DNA of 63,472 nucleotides, the filler included, from Octopus bimaculoides (Eukaryota): the NCBI RefSeq assembly GCF_001194135.2. It is 6 parts of 6 records of this genome, joined end to end, with 100 filler letters (N's around TTAATTAATTAA, not from the genome) between each part and the next. Parts side by side here need not be neighbours in the genome. Positions count along the whole stretch, not along the records: positions 60,580 to 63,472 come from NW_026336772.1; 5 more parts are not named here. The stretch is one strand, 5' to 3'. A model generated the notes under the pieces. That model searched no databases, was not told where the DNA came from, and was given only the letters and a program-made list of their open reading frames with translations. The position numbers were made by a program, and so were the translations under genes. Positions 61,861 to 63,472 of this stretch are shown here, piece after piece; position 1 is the stretch's first letter; each line of letters begins with the position of its first letter.

Positions 61861-62987
61861 AATTCCTAGCAATATCTTAAGAAGGAATTTTTATATTCCG
61901 AAATATTGTATCAGACTATGAATAATTCAATTAGGCGGANNNNNNNNNNNNNNNNNNNNNNNNNNNNNNNNNNNNNNNNNNNNNNNNNNNNNNNNNNNNN
62001 NNNNNNNNNNNNNNNNNNNNNNNNNNNNNNNNNNNNNNNNNNNNNNNNNNNNNNNNNNNNNNNNNNNNNNNNNNNNNNNNNNNNNNNNNNNNNNNNNNNN
62101 NNNNNNNNNNNNNNNNNNNNNNNNNNNNNNNNNNNNNNNNNNNNNNNNNNNNNNNNNNNNNNNNNNNNNNNNNNNNNNNNNNNNNNNNNNNNNNNNNNNN
62201 NNNNNNNNNNNNNNNNNNNNNNNNNNNNNNNNNNNNNNNNNNNNNNNNNNNNNNNNNNNNNNNNNNNNNNNNNNNNNNNNNNNNNNNNNNNNNNNNNNNN
62301 NNNNNNNNNNNNNNNNNNNNNNNNNNNNNNNNNNNNNNNNNNNNNNNNNNNNNNNNNNNNNNNNNNNNNNNNNNNNNNNNNNNNNNNNNNNNNNNNNNNN
62401 NNNNNNNNNNNNNNNNNNNNNNNNNNNNNNNNNNNNNNNNNNNNNNNNNNNNNNNNNNNNNNNNNNNNNNNNNNNNNNNNNNNNNNNNNNNNNNNNNNNN
62501 NNNNNNNNNNNNNNNNNNNNNNNNNNNNNNNNNNNNNNNNNNNNNNNNNNNNNNNNNNNNNNNNNNNNNNNNNNNNNNNNNNNNNNNNNNNNNNNNNNNN
62601 NNNNNNNNNNNNNNNNNNNNNNNNNNNNNNNNNNNNNNNNNNNNNNNNNNNNNNNNNNNNNNNNNNNNNNNNNNNNNNNNNNNNNNNNNNNNNNNNNNNN
62701 NNNNNNNNNNNNNNNNNNNNNNNNNNNNNNNNNNNNNNNNNNNNNNNNNNNNNNNNNNNNNNNNNNNNNNNNNNNNNNNNNNNNNNNNNNNNNNNNNNNN
62801 NNNNNNNNNNNNNNNNNNNNNNNNNNNNNNNNNNNNNNNNNNNNNNNNNNNNNNNNNNNNNNNNNNNNNNNNNNNNNNNNNNNNNNNNNNNNNNNNNNNN
62901 NNNNNNGTGGTGGACACGAGATTCTATGAAAAACCAATTCCAGCCTCTGAAATACGGGGCGGGGTGGGGAGCGATTGCACACAAGTC

Positions 62988-63348
62988 ACAAATCAAACCC
63001 CAGCGGCCTATTGTTTGTAAGACTTAGTACTTATATTTCATTACTTGCTAATGTTTAGGCGATCTTTCCTTTTGAGAACAGCCATCTAGACGTCCGTAAA
63101 GTTGCACACTATTTAGAACTGCTAGGTCATGGAGATGTAAAACACACCAGTACCGGTTGTGAAGTGGTGGTAGTGGGACACACATGTTGGGCTTCTTTCA
63201 GTTTCCACCTGACAAATCCGCTCACAAAGTTTTGGTCGGCCTTCAGCTGTAGTAGAAGGCACTTGCCCGAGGTGCTACGTAGTGGGACTGAACTTGGAAC
63301 CATGTGGTTGCAAAGCAGTCTGCTTACCACACAGCTACGCCTGCACCT
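62988..63348 (-). mobile_element. SINE family A, diverged, carrying a 79-bp foreign insert
   Basis: ACAAATCAAACCCCAG..TTGTAAGACTTAGTACTTAT, then the insert (63039-63117), then ACTGCTAGGTCATGGAGATGTAAAACACACC..GGGCTTCTTTCAGTTTCC..CTTACCACACAGCTACGCCTGCACCT. Confidence 0.85.
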
Positions 63349-63351
63349 ATA

Positions 63352-63389
<38 letters not shown>

Positions 63390-63472
63390 CACACATAAAT
63401 GTATATATATACATAGATATACATATATATATATATATACACATAGATATACATATATATATATATATACAT

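Noticed and set aside
1-63472. Prokaryotic-type systems (CRISPR arrays, operons, rRNA, terminators)
   Set aside because: The sequence is clearly animal repeat-rich DNA. No regularly spaced direct repeats with unique spacers and no rRNA or intact tRNA were seen.

Overview
Eukaryotic, AT-rich, repeat-saturated DNA with no recognisable intact protein-coding gene. It is either intergenic or deep intronic. The tRNA-derived SINE families, extreme microsatellite load and gap style point to an octopod cephalopod assembly, probably Octopus bimaculoides (inference, not checked). About 9 kb is N. Five 100-bp artificial joins (44 N + TTAATTAATTAA + 44 N) split the window into six separately assembled pieces. 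Nearly all ORFs in the supplied track are microsatellite or N read-through artefacts. The real coding signal is decayed transposons: three DD37D (maT-type) Tc1/mariner copies, one full length with TIRs and TA TSD; DD34D-type mariner remnants, including a palindromic MITE built from two right ends; Penelope-like RT and GIY-YIG remnants; an R4/Dong-like LINE; RTE and CR1/L2-type LINE fragments; two Helitron 3' termini; and more than 20 SINE copies in at least three families (called A, B and C here). The most unusual items are: (i) a 293-bp palindromic element with a near-complete type I hammerhead-ribozyme fold in its loop (13477-13769); (ii) a near-perfect 118-bp-arm foldback (56662-56942); (iii) a perfect 79-bp locally templated insertion inside an old SINE (63039-63117); (iv) a mariner/SINE/LINE patchwork with an inversion (40279-41596). 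All annotation was done by eye; family names are motif-based inferences.
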